A stretch of DNA of 64,000 bases from an uncultured Solibacteraceae bacterium (lineage in GTDB: Bacteria > Acidobacteriota > Terriglobia > Bryobacterales > Bryobacteraceae): assembly GCA_963748795.1 (NCBI GenBank), contig CAVVLD010000118.1, forward strand, positions 3,131-67,130, in the 5' to 3' direction. The position numbers were made by a program, and so were the translations under genes. Below, piece by piece: positions 41,786 through 51,500 of this stretch (positions are counted from its first letter, which is position 1; each line of letters begins with the position of its first letter). The notes beneath the pieces were generated by a model. The model saw nothing but the letters and a program-made list of their open reading frames with translations. It made no database searches and was not told where the DNA came from.

Positions 41786-43048
41786 ATGCAAATCCGCGGC
41801 CGTCACATTCGCGAAAATCTGCTGCTGGCGCTGGATACGCTGCGGACGCACAAGTTTCGCAGCTTTCTGACGGTGCTCGGCGTGGTCATCGGGACCACCA
41901 CGGTGATCGCGGTGACTTCGCTCATCGCCGGCCTGGACAAGCAACTGGTGGACGTGGCCGAACAGTTCGGCACACGCACTCTGTGGGTTTACAAGCTGCA
42001 GATCGGCGCCCCCCACGCGCTGACCCGCGAAGAGCGCCTGCGCAAGCCGCTCAGCTATGAAGACGCCATGGCCATTCAGGAGCAGTGCCCGTCGGCGGAG
42101 CTGGTATCGGTGGAACTGTTTCGCGAAATGAGCGACTTCGGCCTGCCGCCCGTGACCGCGCGCTACAAGGGCCAGGACATGCTGGACGCCCTGTTCGTAG
42201 GGGTGACCGCGGACCACTTGCGGCTGCTCAACGCGACACTCCGGGAAGGCCGTTTCTTCACCGGAACCGAAGACCAGCACCGGCGGGATGTGGCGGTGAT
42301 CGGCAACGGGGTGCGCGAGCGCTTCTTTCCGCACGAAGACCCGATTGGCAAGAGCCTGCTGGTGGACGGTCATACCGTGGAGGTCATCGGCACGCTGACC
42401 AAGTTCAAATCGTTTCTGGGCGACGATCAGAACGATAAAGGCATCCTCATTCCGTACGACACCTACAAGAAGGTGTATCCGGAAGCCAAAGACAATTTTC
42501 TGTGCGTGCTGGTGCGGCCCGGGGAAAATGGAGCAGGCCAAGGATGAAGTCACCGAACTGCTGCGGCGCCGGCGCCACGTGAAGCCGAAAGACGAGGACA
42601 ACTTCGGCGTGGCCAGCGCCGAATCGGTAATCACGCAGTTCCGGCAGGTGATCAGCACGGTGGCGCTGGTGATGGTGGTGGTCTCTTCCATTGGACTGCT
42701 GGTGGGCGGCATCGGAGTGATGAACATCATGCTGGTCTCGGTCACCGAGCGTACGCGGGAAATTGGTGTGCGCAAGGCGGTGGGCGCGCGCCGCAGCGAT
42801 ATTATCTGGCAATTCCTGCTGGAGGCCATGACGGTGACGGCGGCAGGCGGCATCATCGGCATCCTGGCGGGATGGGTGCTCAGCTCTGACCATCCGGACG
42901 TTCGTGCCCAGCGTGCCTTCCACCGTGCCTTTGTGGAGCGTGTTCGCGGGCTTTACGGTGGCCACCAGCGTGGGACTGTTCTTCGGCATCTGGCCGGCTA
43001 TGAAAGCGGCGAAGCTGCGACCCGATCGCGGCGCTGCGCTACGAGTAG
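41786..43048 (+). CDS. Second MacB/FtsX-family ABC permease (frameshifts near 42530, 42890 and 43015)
   Basis: LRTHKFRSFLTVLGVVIGTTTVIAVTS, VMNIMLVSVTERTREIGVRKAVGARRSDI and GIWPAMKAAKL, then DPIAALRYE ending at TAG 43046..43048. Confidence 0.8.
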
Positions 43049-43087
43049 GGTGTAGTTGGCGGGCTTGTCTCGCGGGTCTATAGCAAT

Positions 43088-43754
43088 GTGAGACTTCTCG
43101 CGCTAGTCGTTGCGTTCCTGCGCCGCGCCCGCACAAACGCTGTCCTTCGGCGTTTCAGCCGGTGTACCCCTGTCGCCGCACTCGCAGAATTACGGGCAGG
43201 GCTGCATTTCCGCAACGCAGGAACAGTGCGGCCCTAACGATTTTTACTCCAAGGCTTACGCCGTGGGACCGGTCGCGGGAATCGGTATCCGGTGGGGCGT
43301 TTCCATTCAGGCCGGCGCGCTCTATGAAAGATTTCACATAGACCAGACAAGCGGGCTGACGGTGGGCCGCGGCAGCGGTTCTGTCGATTTCGGGCACATG
43401 TACAGCGTGGGCGCCAATGCCTGGCTCTTTCCGCTGCTGCTCAGGTACACGCACGGACGCGGCAGAGTATCGCCTTTCGTCAATGCCGGCGCCACGCTTC
43501 GCCATTTAGGCGTCTTCACGGGCAAGGGGACGCAACTGGACTTCTATCTGCAGCCACACCCGGCCACTTTTCAAATCGCCACGGGCCGCGATCTCGATGC
43601 CGCCGTTACTGTCGGAGCGGGCCTCAAGTGGCGCGCTGCCATTTTCGATATCGCACCGGAGGCGCGCTTCCTCCATTGGACGTCTTCGTACTACCAGCCG
43701 GCGCGGAATCAGGCCATGCTGATGGTAGCGATCACGTTCCCTTGGCGGCGTTAG
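43088..43754 (+). CDS. Outer-membrane beta-barrel protein (OmpW/porin-like small barrel), start frameshifted
   Basis: ORF 43110..43754 shows alternating hydrophobic beta-strand patterns and ends in an aromatic-rich strand (AMLMVAITFPW). The signal-like VRLLALVVAF from GTG 43088 is in another frame. Confidence 0.5.
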
Positions 43755-44563
43755 AGAATCGTCTGGAACAGCGTCTGCACCAGGAACCAGAACATTGGAC
43801 CTGCCTGCGGCCTGATCCATGCCAGGTACACCGGGCCGTATTGCGCGGCGTTGGTGACGGTCTGTTTGCGCAGGCCCCGGAAGCCGCCTCCGAACAGCTT
43901 CTTCTGCAAGAGCTGATGATCCTTGCCGCGGTATACCCGGACCTCGATGGCGAGATTGAGGCTGTCTCCGGTCTGCGCCTCGCAGGCCGCGCCGGGCTGG
44001 ATTTCCACGGTCATCTGCGCATCGGCGTCGCTCGGTTTATCCACCTGCACGATCTGTACGATGCCCTTGCCGGAGGTGCGGGCGTAATCGACGATCTCTT
44101 TCACCGTGGCCGTTCCGAGGTCGAGGTTGGTCACCTCCTGCTTCAACTGAAGGGGAGGCATGTAGCAGGAACTGATGAGCGCTCCGGCCGTCACCACCGT
44201 ATCCATGGCAATGCGCGGGTGCGGCGGTTGGGGAAGGGCCTGAAGCGCCTGCTCGTGATCATTGCGGCCGGCGGGCGCGAGCAGCGCCAGGCCATAGGCG
44301 GTGAAGCCGGATTTATCGCGTGCATCGGCTCGGGCGCCTTTGGCCAGCAGCACGCGGACCGTTTCCGCGTACCCGTGCTGGGCCGCGAGCATGAGGGGCG
44401 TCCGCCCTTCCTTGTCGTGCGCTTCCAGTGGGGCGCCTTTGGCGAGCAAGGCCTCGACGGCGGAAGTCTTCCCGGAAGCGGAGGCCGAGAGGATCTGCGT
44501 GGAAAGGTCCGCCGCGCGAACCGGTATCGCGATGAGCGCAACCAGGACAAAGAGGAATCGCAT
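43751..44563 (-). CDS. Secreted ankyrin-repeat protein with a C-terminal domain of unknown function
   Basis: Start MRFLFVLVALIAIPVRA (ATG complement at 44563). Ankyrin units GKTSAVEALLAKGAPLEAHDKEGRTPLMLAAQHGYAETVRVLLAKGARADARDKSGFTA. The rest of ORF 43751..45043 is read-through across the upstream gene. Confidence 0.75.
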   Translation of the reverse strand: MRFLFVLVALIAIPVRAADLSTQILSASASGKTSAVEALLAKGAPLEAHDKEGRTPLMLAAQHGYAETVRVLLAKGARADARDKSGFTAYGLALLAPAGRNDHEQALQALPQPPHPRIAMDTVVTAGALISSCYMPPLQLKQEVTNLDLGTATVKEIVDYARTSGKGIVQIVQVDKPSDADAQMTVEIQPGAACEAQTGDSLNLAIEVRVYRGKDHQLLQKKLFGGGFRGLRKQTVTNAAQYGPVYLAWIRPQAGPMFWFLVQTLFQTIL

Positions 44564-44565
44564 GA

Positions 44566-46125
44566 TTAGTGCATGGCCACGCCGCCGGCGCGGTGCTTGG
44601 GGCGCTTCATCACCGCGAGCAGCGGCAGCACCAGTAGAAACACCACCCCCAAGGCCAGGAAAGTGTCGACGAAGGCCTCCATGGATGCCTGGCGCTGCAC
44701 CAGGTTCCAGAGCGATATGTAGGCCTGGCGCGAGGCCAGAACCGGATCCGAGCCATGCGCCATCATTTGCGATTGCAGTCCGTTGGTAAGCACCCGCGTC
44801 TGCGGATTGAAAGCCGTGACGTGCGCCCCCAGGACGTTGGTATGAAACTGCGTGCGCCGGAACAGATAGGTGGTGGCGCTGGCGATGCCCACGCTGCCGC
44901 CCAGGTTGCGCATGAGATTGAACATACTGGTGGCGTTCCCCATTTCCTCCTTGGGGATGGGATCCATGGTCGCGGTGGTGAGCGGCACAAACAGCAGCGC
45001 CAGCGCCGCGCCTTGAATAAATTGCGGCCAGAAAATGTCCCAATAGCCCGCCTCCAGATTCAGGCGCCCCAGCGCATAAAGGCTCCAGGAGGCGCCGATC
45101 AGGCCCACCGCCAGCACCTTGCGCGGGTCGAACTTGCCGAGCACTGTACCCACCACCGGCATCATCAGGAACGAGCCCAATCCGCGCGGCGCCATGGCAA
45201 TCCCGGCCTCCAGCGCGGGATACCCGAGCAGGGTCTGCAGGAAGATGGGGACCAGCAGCAGACTACCGTACAGGACGAAGCCGAGCACGGTCATCAGGAA
45301 CACTCCGGCACTGTAGGTTCGATCGGCGAATACGCGCAGGTGCACTACGGGATCGCGCGTCTTCAGTTCGCGGATGATGAACGCGGTGATGCCGATGCCC
45401 GCCAGCACGGCACAGATGACCATCCAGTTGGAGGCGAACCAATCCTCCTCCTGGCCTTTGTCCAAGACGAGCTGGAGCGAACCCACCCCTACCGCCAACA
45501 TGCCTATGCCCCAGAAGTCGATGCCGCGATTCGAGCGCCGGATGTAGGGCGGGTCGAAAATAAAGAGGCGCGTCATGATGATCGACGCCAACCCCACCGG
45601 CAGATTGATGTAGAAGACCCAGCGCCAACTGTAGTCTTCCGTCAGCCAGCCGCCGATTACGGGACCGAGCATGGGCGCCACGACGACGCCGAGTCCCCAA
45701 AAGGCCATGGCTTTGCTGCGGTCGCGCGGAGGGAAGGCTTCCAGCATAACGGCCTGGGAGAGCGGTTGCAGCGCGCCGCCGGTGGCCCCCTGAATGATGC
45801 GGAACAGAATCAGCACCTGGAGGGTGGGGGCCAGCCCGCACAACACCGAAGCGGCGGTAAATCCGAAAACCGCGGCGGTAAGCGTACGCTTCCGGCCGAA
45901 GTAATTGGCGATCCATCCCGTCATGGGAAGAACGATGGCGTTGGCCACGAGGTAGGAGGTAAGCGCCCAGGCGGCTTCATCCACACTGGCCGACAGGCTG
46001 CCGGCAATGTGTGGAAGGGACACGTTGACCACAGTGGTGTCCAGCACCTCCATGAAGGTGGCCAGCATCACTGCGATGGCGACAATCCAAGGGTTAATCT
46101 GGGGCTGCTGTGGGGCAGACGGCAT
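44566..46125 (-). CDS. DHA2 (EmrB/QacA) family MFS multidrug efflux transporter
   Basis: Intact 519 aa ORF with about 14 TM segments. N-terminal motif MLATFMEVLDTTVVNVSLPHIAGSL and GWIANYFGRKR. Confidence 0.85.
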   Translation of the reverse strand: MPSAPQQPQINPWIVAIAVMLATFMEVLDTTVVNVSLPHIAGSLSASVDEAAWALTSYLVANAIVLPMTGWIANYFGRKRTLTAAVFGFTAASVLCGLAPTLQVLILFRIIQGATGGALQPLSQAVMLEAFPPRDRSKAMAFWGLGVVVAPMLGPVIGGWLTEDYSWRWVFYINLPVGLASIIMTRLFIFDPPYIRRSNRGIDFWGIGMLAVGVGSLQLVLDKGQEEDWFASNWMVICAVLAGIGITAFIIRELKTRDPVVHLRVFADRTYSAGVFLMTVLGFVLYGSLLLVPIFLQTLLGYPALEAGIAMAPRGLGSFLMMPVVGTVLGKFDPRKVLAVGLIGASWSLYALGRLNLEAGYWDIFWPQFIQGAALALLFVPLTTATMDPIPKEEMGNATSMFNLMRNLGGSVGIASATTYLFRRTQFHTNVLGAHVTAFNPQTRVLTNGLQSQMMAHGSDPVLASRQAYISLWNLVQRQASMEAFVDTFLALGVVFLLVLPLLAVMKRPKHRAGGVAMH

Positions 46126-46167
46126 CCGTTAGTTTCATGATGCCATGCTTCCGTAAAAAGATGCGCG

Positions 46168-46716
46168 TCAGAAGGTGTAAGGGGGCGGCGTGATACCCTT
46201 CACCCGCAGATACACTTCGGCCTGTCCGCGGTGATGCGCGGTGTGCGTGAAATAGGACCAGAGCCACTCGAAGCCGGTCATTTTTCGCGACGTGCCCACC
46301 ACGGCGTCCAGTTTTTCCGGCGTCATGGAGGCGACGGCTTTATTGCAGAACTCGAAAGTATCGGTAAGGAACTTGATGGCGGCGTCTTTCTCGATGCCGA
46401 GTTTTTCGTCCTTCAGGGCAGCCGACAGGGTTTGCGGCACGGCCGGCCCCTTCATTCCACTGGCCAGGCTACAGGCATTCAGATTGGCTCCGGCGATCTG
46501 CACCATCAATTGTCCGAAGCTGAGTTCCGCCGGGACCGGTTTGAAACCGTAACTGTCCGCCGGCATCTTCTGGGCCACCGCAAGGGTGAATTCTTCGGTG
46601 GTCTTCCAGTGTTTCACCAGGCTGTCGTGCAAGGTGGATTGCGCCAGGGCAGGCAGTGCCAGGGCCACGGCGAGAATCGGGGCGAATCGGGAAGGCGAGA
46701 GTGTTGGCATAAGCAC
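46168..46716 (-). CDS. DinB-family protein with signal peptide
   Basis: Intact 182 aa ORF with a four-helix DinB pattern and a metal-binding His triad context (... YFTHTAHHRGQAEVYLRVKGITPPPY). Confidence 0.75.
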   Translation of the reverse strand: MLMPTLSPSRFAPILAVALALPALAQSTLHDSLVKHWKTTEEFTLAVAQKMPADSYGFKPVPAELSFGQLMVQIAGANLNACSLASGMKGPAVPQTLSAALKDEKLGIEKDAAIKFLTDTFEFCNKAVASMTPEKLDAVVGTSRKMTGFEWLWSYFTHTAHHRGQAEVYLRVKGITPPPYTF

Positions 46717-46741
46717 TTTACACTCTAGCGCAACAAGGCCG

Positions 46742-47080
46742 CTACTTTTCGCGGGTGATTGTTACATTCCCGCGGGCTTCGATCTGGCCTGAATCCTCGT
46801 GGAAATCAGCCGCGTCGGCATGCATGACCACATATCCAGCGCAGACCTGCGTGTTGCCGGGACCGGTGACCACGCAGACCCGCATCCTGATTTCGACGCT
46901 TCCCTTCAGATGGACGACGGTAGGATACTCAGCCCCGCGTTCGATTTCGAGCGCGGCAACGGTAACAACCGGCTGCCCGCTGGCAGTGGGAATCGGCAGG
47001 TGCTTGAGTTGGCCGGCAGGATAATCCTGCGCGGCGAGGGCCAAGGCGCAGACGGCAAGGGCGGCAAGAAACAGTTTCAT
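46742..47080 (-). CDS. Small secreted beta-rich protein (possibly OstA/LptA-like fold)
   Basis: MKLFLAALAVCALALAAQ signal (ATG complement at 47080), then VVHLKGSVEIRM ... ADAADFHEDSGQIEARGNVTI, which resembles OstA-like repeats. Weak call. Confidence 0.35.
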   Translation of the reverse strand: MKLFLAALAVCALALAAQDYPAGQLKHLPIPTASGQPVVTVAALEIERGAEYPTVVHLKGSVEIRMRVCVVTGPGNTQVCAGYVVMHADAADFHEDSGQIEARGNVTITREK

Positions 47081-47165
47081 GGGCCGGGGATCCTCCGGTG
47101 GTTCTGACGCGGGCGCGGGAGCGGGCGTTTCGGCAAAAAGGGCTCTTGTAAGATAGGGAGTCACG

Positions 47166-47513
47166 ATGAACAAACGTCCCATCCCGGTGACTGTAATCGC
47201 GTGGGTGTACATAGCGACCGGCACCGTTGGCCTGGTGTATCACTTCAGAGACCTGAACGCCGGGAGCGTGTTTCGATACGACGCGCTCTGGATCGAACTG
47301 GTGCGGATGGCGGCGGTGGTGTGCGGCGCATTCATGCTCCGCGGACGCGACTGGGCCAGGTGGGTGGCGGTAGCCTGGATGGGCTTTCACGTAATCGTGA
47401 GTGCGTTCCACACGCTGCCCGAACTGGCGATGCACTGTCTGTTCTTTGCCGTGATCGCCTGGATTCTGTTTCGTGGCGACGCCACGCGGTATTTCCGCGC
47501 CACCGCCGGTTAA
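47166..47513 (+). CDS. Small integral membrane protein (4 TM), unknown function
   Basis: Intact 115 aa ORF with four hydrophobic segments (VTVIAWVYIATGTVGLVY; LVRMAAVVCGAFML; WVAVAWMGFHVIV; HCLFFAVIAWILF). Confidence 0.45.
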   Translation: MNKRPIPVTVIAWVYIATGTVGLVYHFRDLNAGSVFRYDALWIELVRMAAVVCGAFMLRGRDWARWVAVAWMGFHVIVSAFHTLPELAMHCLFFAVIAWILFRGDATRYFRATAG

Positions 47514-47519
47514 GGCGCC

Positions 47520-48050
47520 CTATTTCTCCGGCTGCGGCGCGGGCGCAGCTTCGCTTGAGGGAGGAACGATGTTCTTCAGCCGCAGATAAGTGACGAGGTT
47601 GCCGTAGTGTTCCGTAGCGTGCATGTTATTGACTTCCAGCACGACGGGTTTGGGCATGTCGCCTCCGAAGAGCTTGACGGTTTGCGTGACGGAGGCATCC
47701 GTCATACCGTCGTAGACCTTGTCGCAGTAAGCGAAGGCGTCTTTGAGAGCGGCAATGAGATCGGCCTTCGAGGTTTTGGTCTTCTCGATTTTCAGGGCGG
47801 GATCTTTCTCGCCGAGTGCGGTGGAACAAAACAGGTATTGGGCGTCGGCCACGTGTCCAATCACCTGGCCAAAGCTGCGGACGGCGTCCGTGGGCTGAAA
47901 ACTGTAATTCTGCTCCGGCATTTTTTCGGCCGAGGCGATCAGCCAAACCTTAATCTGTCCGTACGCGCGCTTGTTAAAGGCGCTGAACGGATTCTCCTGA
48001 GACAAACCGGCGGCGGCCGTTACCAGAAGGCAGATCAATACTCTTCGCAT
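47520..48050 (-). CDS. DinB-family protein with signal peptide (second paralog)
   Basis: Intact 176 aa ORF with GHVADAQYLFC and HATEHYGNLVTYLRLKNIVPP. Confidence 0.7.
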   Translation of the reverse strand: MRRVLICLLVTAAAGLSQENPFSAFNKRAYGQIKVWLIASAEKMPEQNYSFQPTDAVRSFGQVIGHVADAQYLFCSTALGEKDPALKIEKTKTSKADLIAALKDAFAYCDKVYDGMTDASVTQTVKLFGGDMPKPVVLEVNNMHATEHYGNLVTYLRLKNIVPPSSEAAPAPQPEK

Positions 48051-48110
48051 AAGTCACCTCATGGAGCCGCATACGAGATCCGCCGGCCGATTGTTCCAAA
48101 GCCGTTCCGT

Positions 48111-48774
48111 TTACAACCTTCCGCCCGCAGGGGTGCGCATGAGCGCATCCGGCAGTTCGGCGATGCTGTGGAGGACCAGGTCCGGGCGGCTCTCGTGGAT
48201 GCGCGCGGCTTCCACATAATCGGTGACGATTCCGACGGTGAACACGCCGGCATTACGGCCCTGCTCTATGTCCACGGGCGTATCGCCCACGTACCAGCAG
48301 CTTCCGGATACGCAGCCCATCGCCGCCAGGGCTTTCAGGACGCCCTCGGGGTGCGGCTTGGAATGGCTGACATCTTCGTGGCAGACCACCGCGCCGAACC
48401 TGGATTCCAGACCCCAGGCACACGAGTTCTTTTTCGATGCGCGGACGGGTGCCGTTGGTGACGATGCCGGTGACGATCCCCTGCTCGCCGAGCGCGTCCA
48501 GCACCCGCCCGGCGCCCGGCATCAGCCCCGGAGCCTCGCACCCGTAATGATGCTGCCAGCGAAGGTCGGCCTGCTTCCAGAGCTCTCCGGGAAGGCCGAG
48601 CGCTTCGTACATGCGATACCAGCGCGGCGTGTAGATGGCCCGGTACTTCTCGTCGGTGAATGCCACACCGAAATCCGCCATGGACTTCCGAAACGCCCGC
48701 AGGCTGGCGGCGCCTGAATCGAAGAGAGTGCCATCCCAATCGAACAACACGGTTGCGGGGATTGTTGCCGTCAC
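48111..48774 (-). CDS. HAD-superfamily hydrolase (phosphoglycolate phosphatase-like), one frameshift near 48400
   Basis: Motif I VLFDWDGTLFDS, motif II GIVTNG, and motif III SKPHPEGVLKA ... YVGDTPVDIEQGRNAG. Pieces lie in ORFs 48253..49047 and 48111..48389. Confidence 0.75.
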
Positions 48775-48801
48775 CTTCGAATTATCCCATTCTGGAAGAG
48801 C

Positions 48802-49326
48802 ATGCAGCCCCTCAAAACCAAAGTCGTCTACTCCACGCCGTTCTTCGACCTGCTGGCCAAGACCATGAGGCCCGGCGAAGAGCCGTACTATTCGCTGCGC
48901 GTTCCGGATTTCGCTGTGATTGTCGCGCTCACCGGAGACGATCGGGTGCTGGCGGTGCGCCAGTACCGGCCCAGCGTGGAGCGGTACACCGTGGAACTGC
49001 CCAGTGGGCTGGTGGACCCGGGCGAGAGCCCAGCGCAGGCGGCGCAACGGGAATTACTGGAGGAGACGGGCTATGCCGCCGATGAGGTGGAGTTGCTGGG
49101 GCCGATGATTCCGGAGGCGGGCCGGCTGTCCAACCGGCTTTGGACCTGCTTCGCGCGCGGCGTGCGGCGCGTGGCGGATCCCGAGGCGGGGATGGAGGCG
49201 GTCAGTTATTCCATGGAAGAACTGCGTGCCGCGACGCTCGGCGGCGAATTCTGTCACGCGCCGCATGTGGGCAGCGTGCTGCTGGCGCTGCTGCACGGAA
49301 AGTTGGCTTTGGGCCCCCGGATCTGA
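48802..49326 (+). CDS. NUDIX hydrolase (ADP-ribose pyrophosphatase-like)
   Basis: Intact 174 aa ORF with the Nudix box GLVDPGESPAQAAQRELLEETGY. Confidence 0.85.
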   Translation: MQPLKTKVVYSTPFFDLLAKTMRPGEEPYYSLRVPDFAVIVALTGDDRVLAVRQYRPSVERYTVELPSGLVDPGESPAQAAQRELLEETGYAADEVELLGPMIPEAGRLSNRLWTCFARGVRRVADPEAGMEAVSYSMEELRAATLGGEFCHAPHVGSVLLALLHGKLALGPRI

Positions 49327-49375
49327 TTTCTCCGCGCAGCCTGTTACAATCCGTTCAGGGTCCGAAATACCTTCT

Positions 49376-50961
49376 ATGCCGCGCCGTCTGGGCCGGAAGC
49401 TGATGCTTTCGATCACGGTGATTGTCATCATCGTGGCCGCAGTTTCAGGCTTGGTCAACGTCAAAACCGAGGAACAGCAACTCCTCAAAACCATGATCCT
49501 GGGGGCCGACCAGCTCTCCAAGGGAATCACCAGCGCCACCTGGCATGCCATGCTCGACGACAATCGGGAGGCCGCCTACCAGGTGATGCAGACGATTGCG
49601 CTCAAGCAGGGAATCGATCGCATCCGCATGTACAACAGCGCCGGCCAGGTGATGTTCTCCACCAATAGCGAGGACACACGCAAGGCGGCCGCCACCAAGC
49701 TGGATCTCGAATCACCCGGTACGTTCCAGCCGCGGCGCCGATGGGTACCGCCGGCTGGAGATGCTCACCCCCATATATAACGAGCGTTCCTGCAGCCAGG
49801 CGGCATGCCATGCGCATCCGGCCGACGTGAAGGTGCTGGGCGTTCTGAACCTGGCGCTGAATCTGGAAAGCGTGGATCACGAAGTCGAAAGCATGAAGTA
49901 TCGCGTGCTGCTGGTGACCGGCGTCGAAATCACCCTGATCAGCCTGTGCATCATCTTCTTCACGCGCCGGTTCCTGGGGCGGCCCATCGAAAAGCTGATC
50001 GAAGGCAGCAAAGCGATCAGCCACATGGAGCTGGACAAGCCGCTCGACCTGGCCAGCGGCAGCGAAGAACTGGACGAGCTGGCGCGCTCTTTCGAAGTGA
50101 TGCGCGGCCGCCTGCAAACCGCGCTCGGTGAGATCAACCAGTTCACACAGAACCTGGAAAGCAAGGTGGCCGAGCGCACGCAGCAGCTCCAGGCCGCGCA
50201 GAAGAAGCTACTGCACAGCGACCGCCTGGCGTCCCTGGGACAGCTTTCGGCCAGCGTGGCGCACGAGATCAACAATCCCGTCTCCGGCGTGCTCAACCTT
50301 TCCATGCTGTTGCAGCGCATGTTGAAGGACGACGGCATTCCGCCGAATCGCATCGAAGAGTTTCGCAAATACCTGTCGCAGGTGGTGAATGAGACCGCCC
50401 GGGTGGGCCGCATTGTTTCGGACCTGCTGGCCTTTTCGCGACGCTCCAAGCCGCAGCGCACGCCGGCCGACCTGAACAAGATCGTCAAGATGACGCTCTC
50501 GCTGGTGCAGCACAAGATGAAGCTCAGCAATGTGACGGTAGAGCAGAATCTTCGCGAAGACCTGCCCGCGGCCGCCTGCGATGCCTCGCAGGTGCAGCAG
50601 GTGGTGTTGAATCTGCTTCTGAACGCCGCCGAGGCCACGCAGAGCAAAGCCGACCGCCGCGTGACGGTTTCGACCGAAGCCGGCCCTGGCGAGGTGCGGC
50701 TGCTGGTGACTGACAACGGCGAGGGCATCCAGCCGGAAAACCTCACCAAGATTTTCGACCCGTTTTTTACCACCAAGGCCGAAGGCAAGGGAGTGGGGCT
50801 CGGGCTGGCCGTCTCCTACGGAATCATCCAGGCGCACGGCGGCGATATTGAAGTGAAGAGCGAGGTCGGCGAAGGCGCCACCTTCATCGTCTCGCTGCCC
50901 CTGGAGCGGCACGCACCGGCGGAGGCGGCGCTGCCCGTGGAGCCGGCTGCGCAAGGGATGA
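49376..50961 (+). CDS. Membrane sensor histidine kinase (periplasmic sensor, HAMP, HisKA, HATPase), frameshifts near 49700-49760 and probably near the 3-prime end
   Basis: TM LMLSITVIVIIVAAVSGLV, second TM plus HAMP (VLLVTGVEITLISLCIIFFTRRFLGRPIEKL), H-box SASVAHEINNPV, N-box LLLNAAEA, G1 DNGEGI and G2 GKGVGLGLAVS. A TGA at 50959..50961 overlapping the next ATG is in another frame. Confidence 0.8.
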
Positions 50962-51500
50962 AGTACTTCTACCTCGGCGCGACTCCCGAGGTGGAGCGGC
51001 CGCCGTTCGAAGCAGTGCGCCGGCGCATGGCGGCGGAATATCGGCGAGCCGGTGAGGGAGATTGCACTTCCCGGCGTGGAGTTCGCGTTCGACACGGGCC
51101 GGCAGCAGTACCGGTCGATGGATGTGCTGGAGATGCTGGCCCGGATTTGTCCCGGCCGACGCCGCGAAGTTGCTGGCGCTCACCGGGCGGGATCTGTTCG
51201 TCCCGGTGCTGACCTTCGTCTTCGGGCAGGCGCAGTTGGGCGGCCGCGTGGCCGTGGTTTCGCTGGCGCGCCTGCGGCAGGAGTTTTACGGCATGGCGCC
51301 CAACGGCGAGATTCTTATGGAACGCGCCGTCAAGGAAGCGCTGCACGAAACCGGCCATACGTTCGGGCTGGTGCATTGTCGCGGACCGGAGTTGCGCCAT
51401 GTCTCTGGCCACCAACGTCCGGCAGATCGATGAAAAGAACGGAGCCTGGTGCGCGTCGTGCGCGGCGCAGTTACGGCGGGCAAAGGGAGTAATTCGATGA
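50958..51500 (+). CDS. Archaemetzincin-type zinc metalloprotease (peptidase M54), at least 3 frame changes
   Basis: MKYFYLGATPEVE..., IALPGVEFAFDTGRQQY, LLALTGRDLFVPVLTFVFGQAQLGGRVAVVS, HETGHTFGLVHC, then CAMS ... WCASC. This matches the HExxHxxGxxHC ... CxM ... CxxC pattern of the family. The stop TGA 51498..51500 overlaps the next ATG. Confidence 0.75.

Noticed and set aside
43751-45043. 430 aa ORF extending the ankyrin protein upstream across the EmrB-like gene.
   Set aside because: A proper signal-peptide start (MRFLFVLVALIAIPVRA) exists at 44563, directly after the EmrB stop. The upstream part is antisense-frame noise within emrB.
49761-51212. Single ORF joining the histidine kinase C-terminus to the archaemetzincin N-terminus.
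   Set aside because: An ATGA start/stop overlap is present at 50958..50961 in the alternate frame, as at other gene junctions here. This is most simply an indel near the kinase 3-prime end. The gene order, not a fusion, is reported as the finding.
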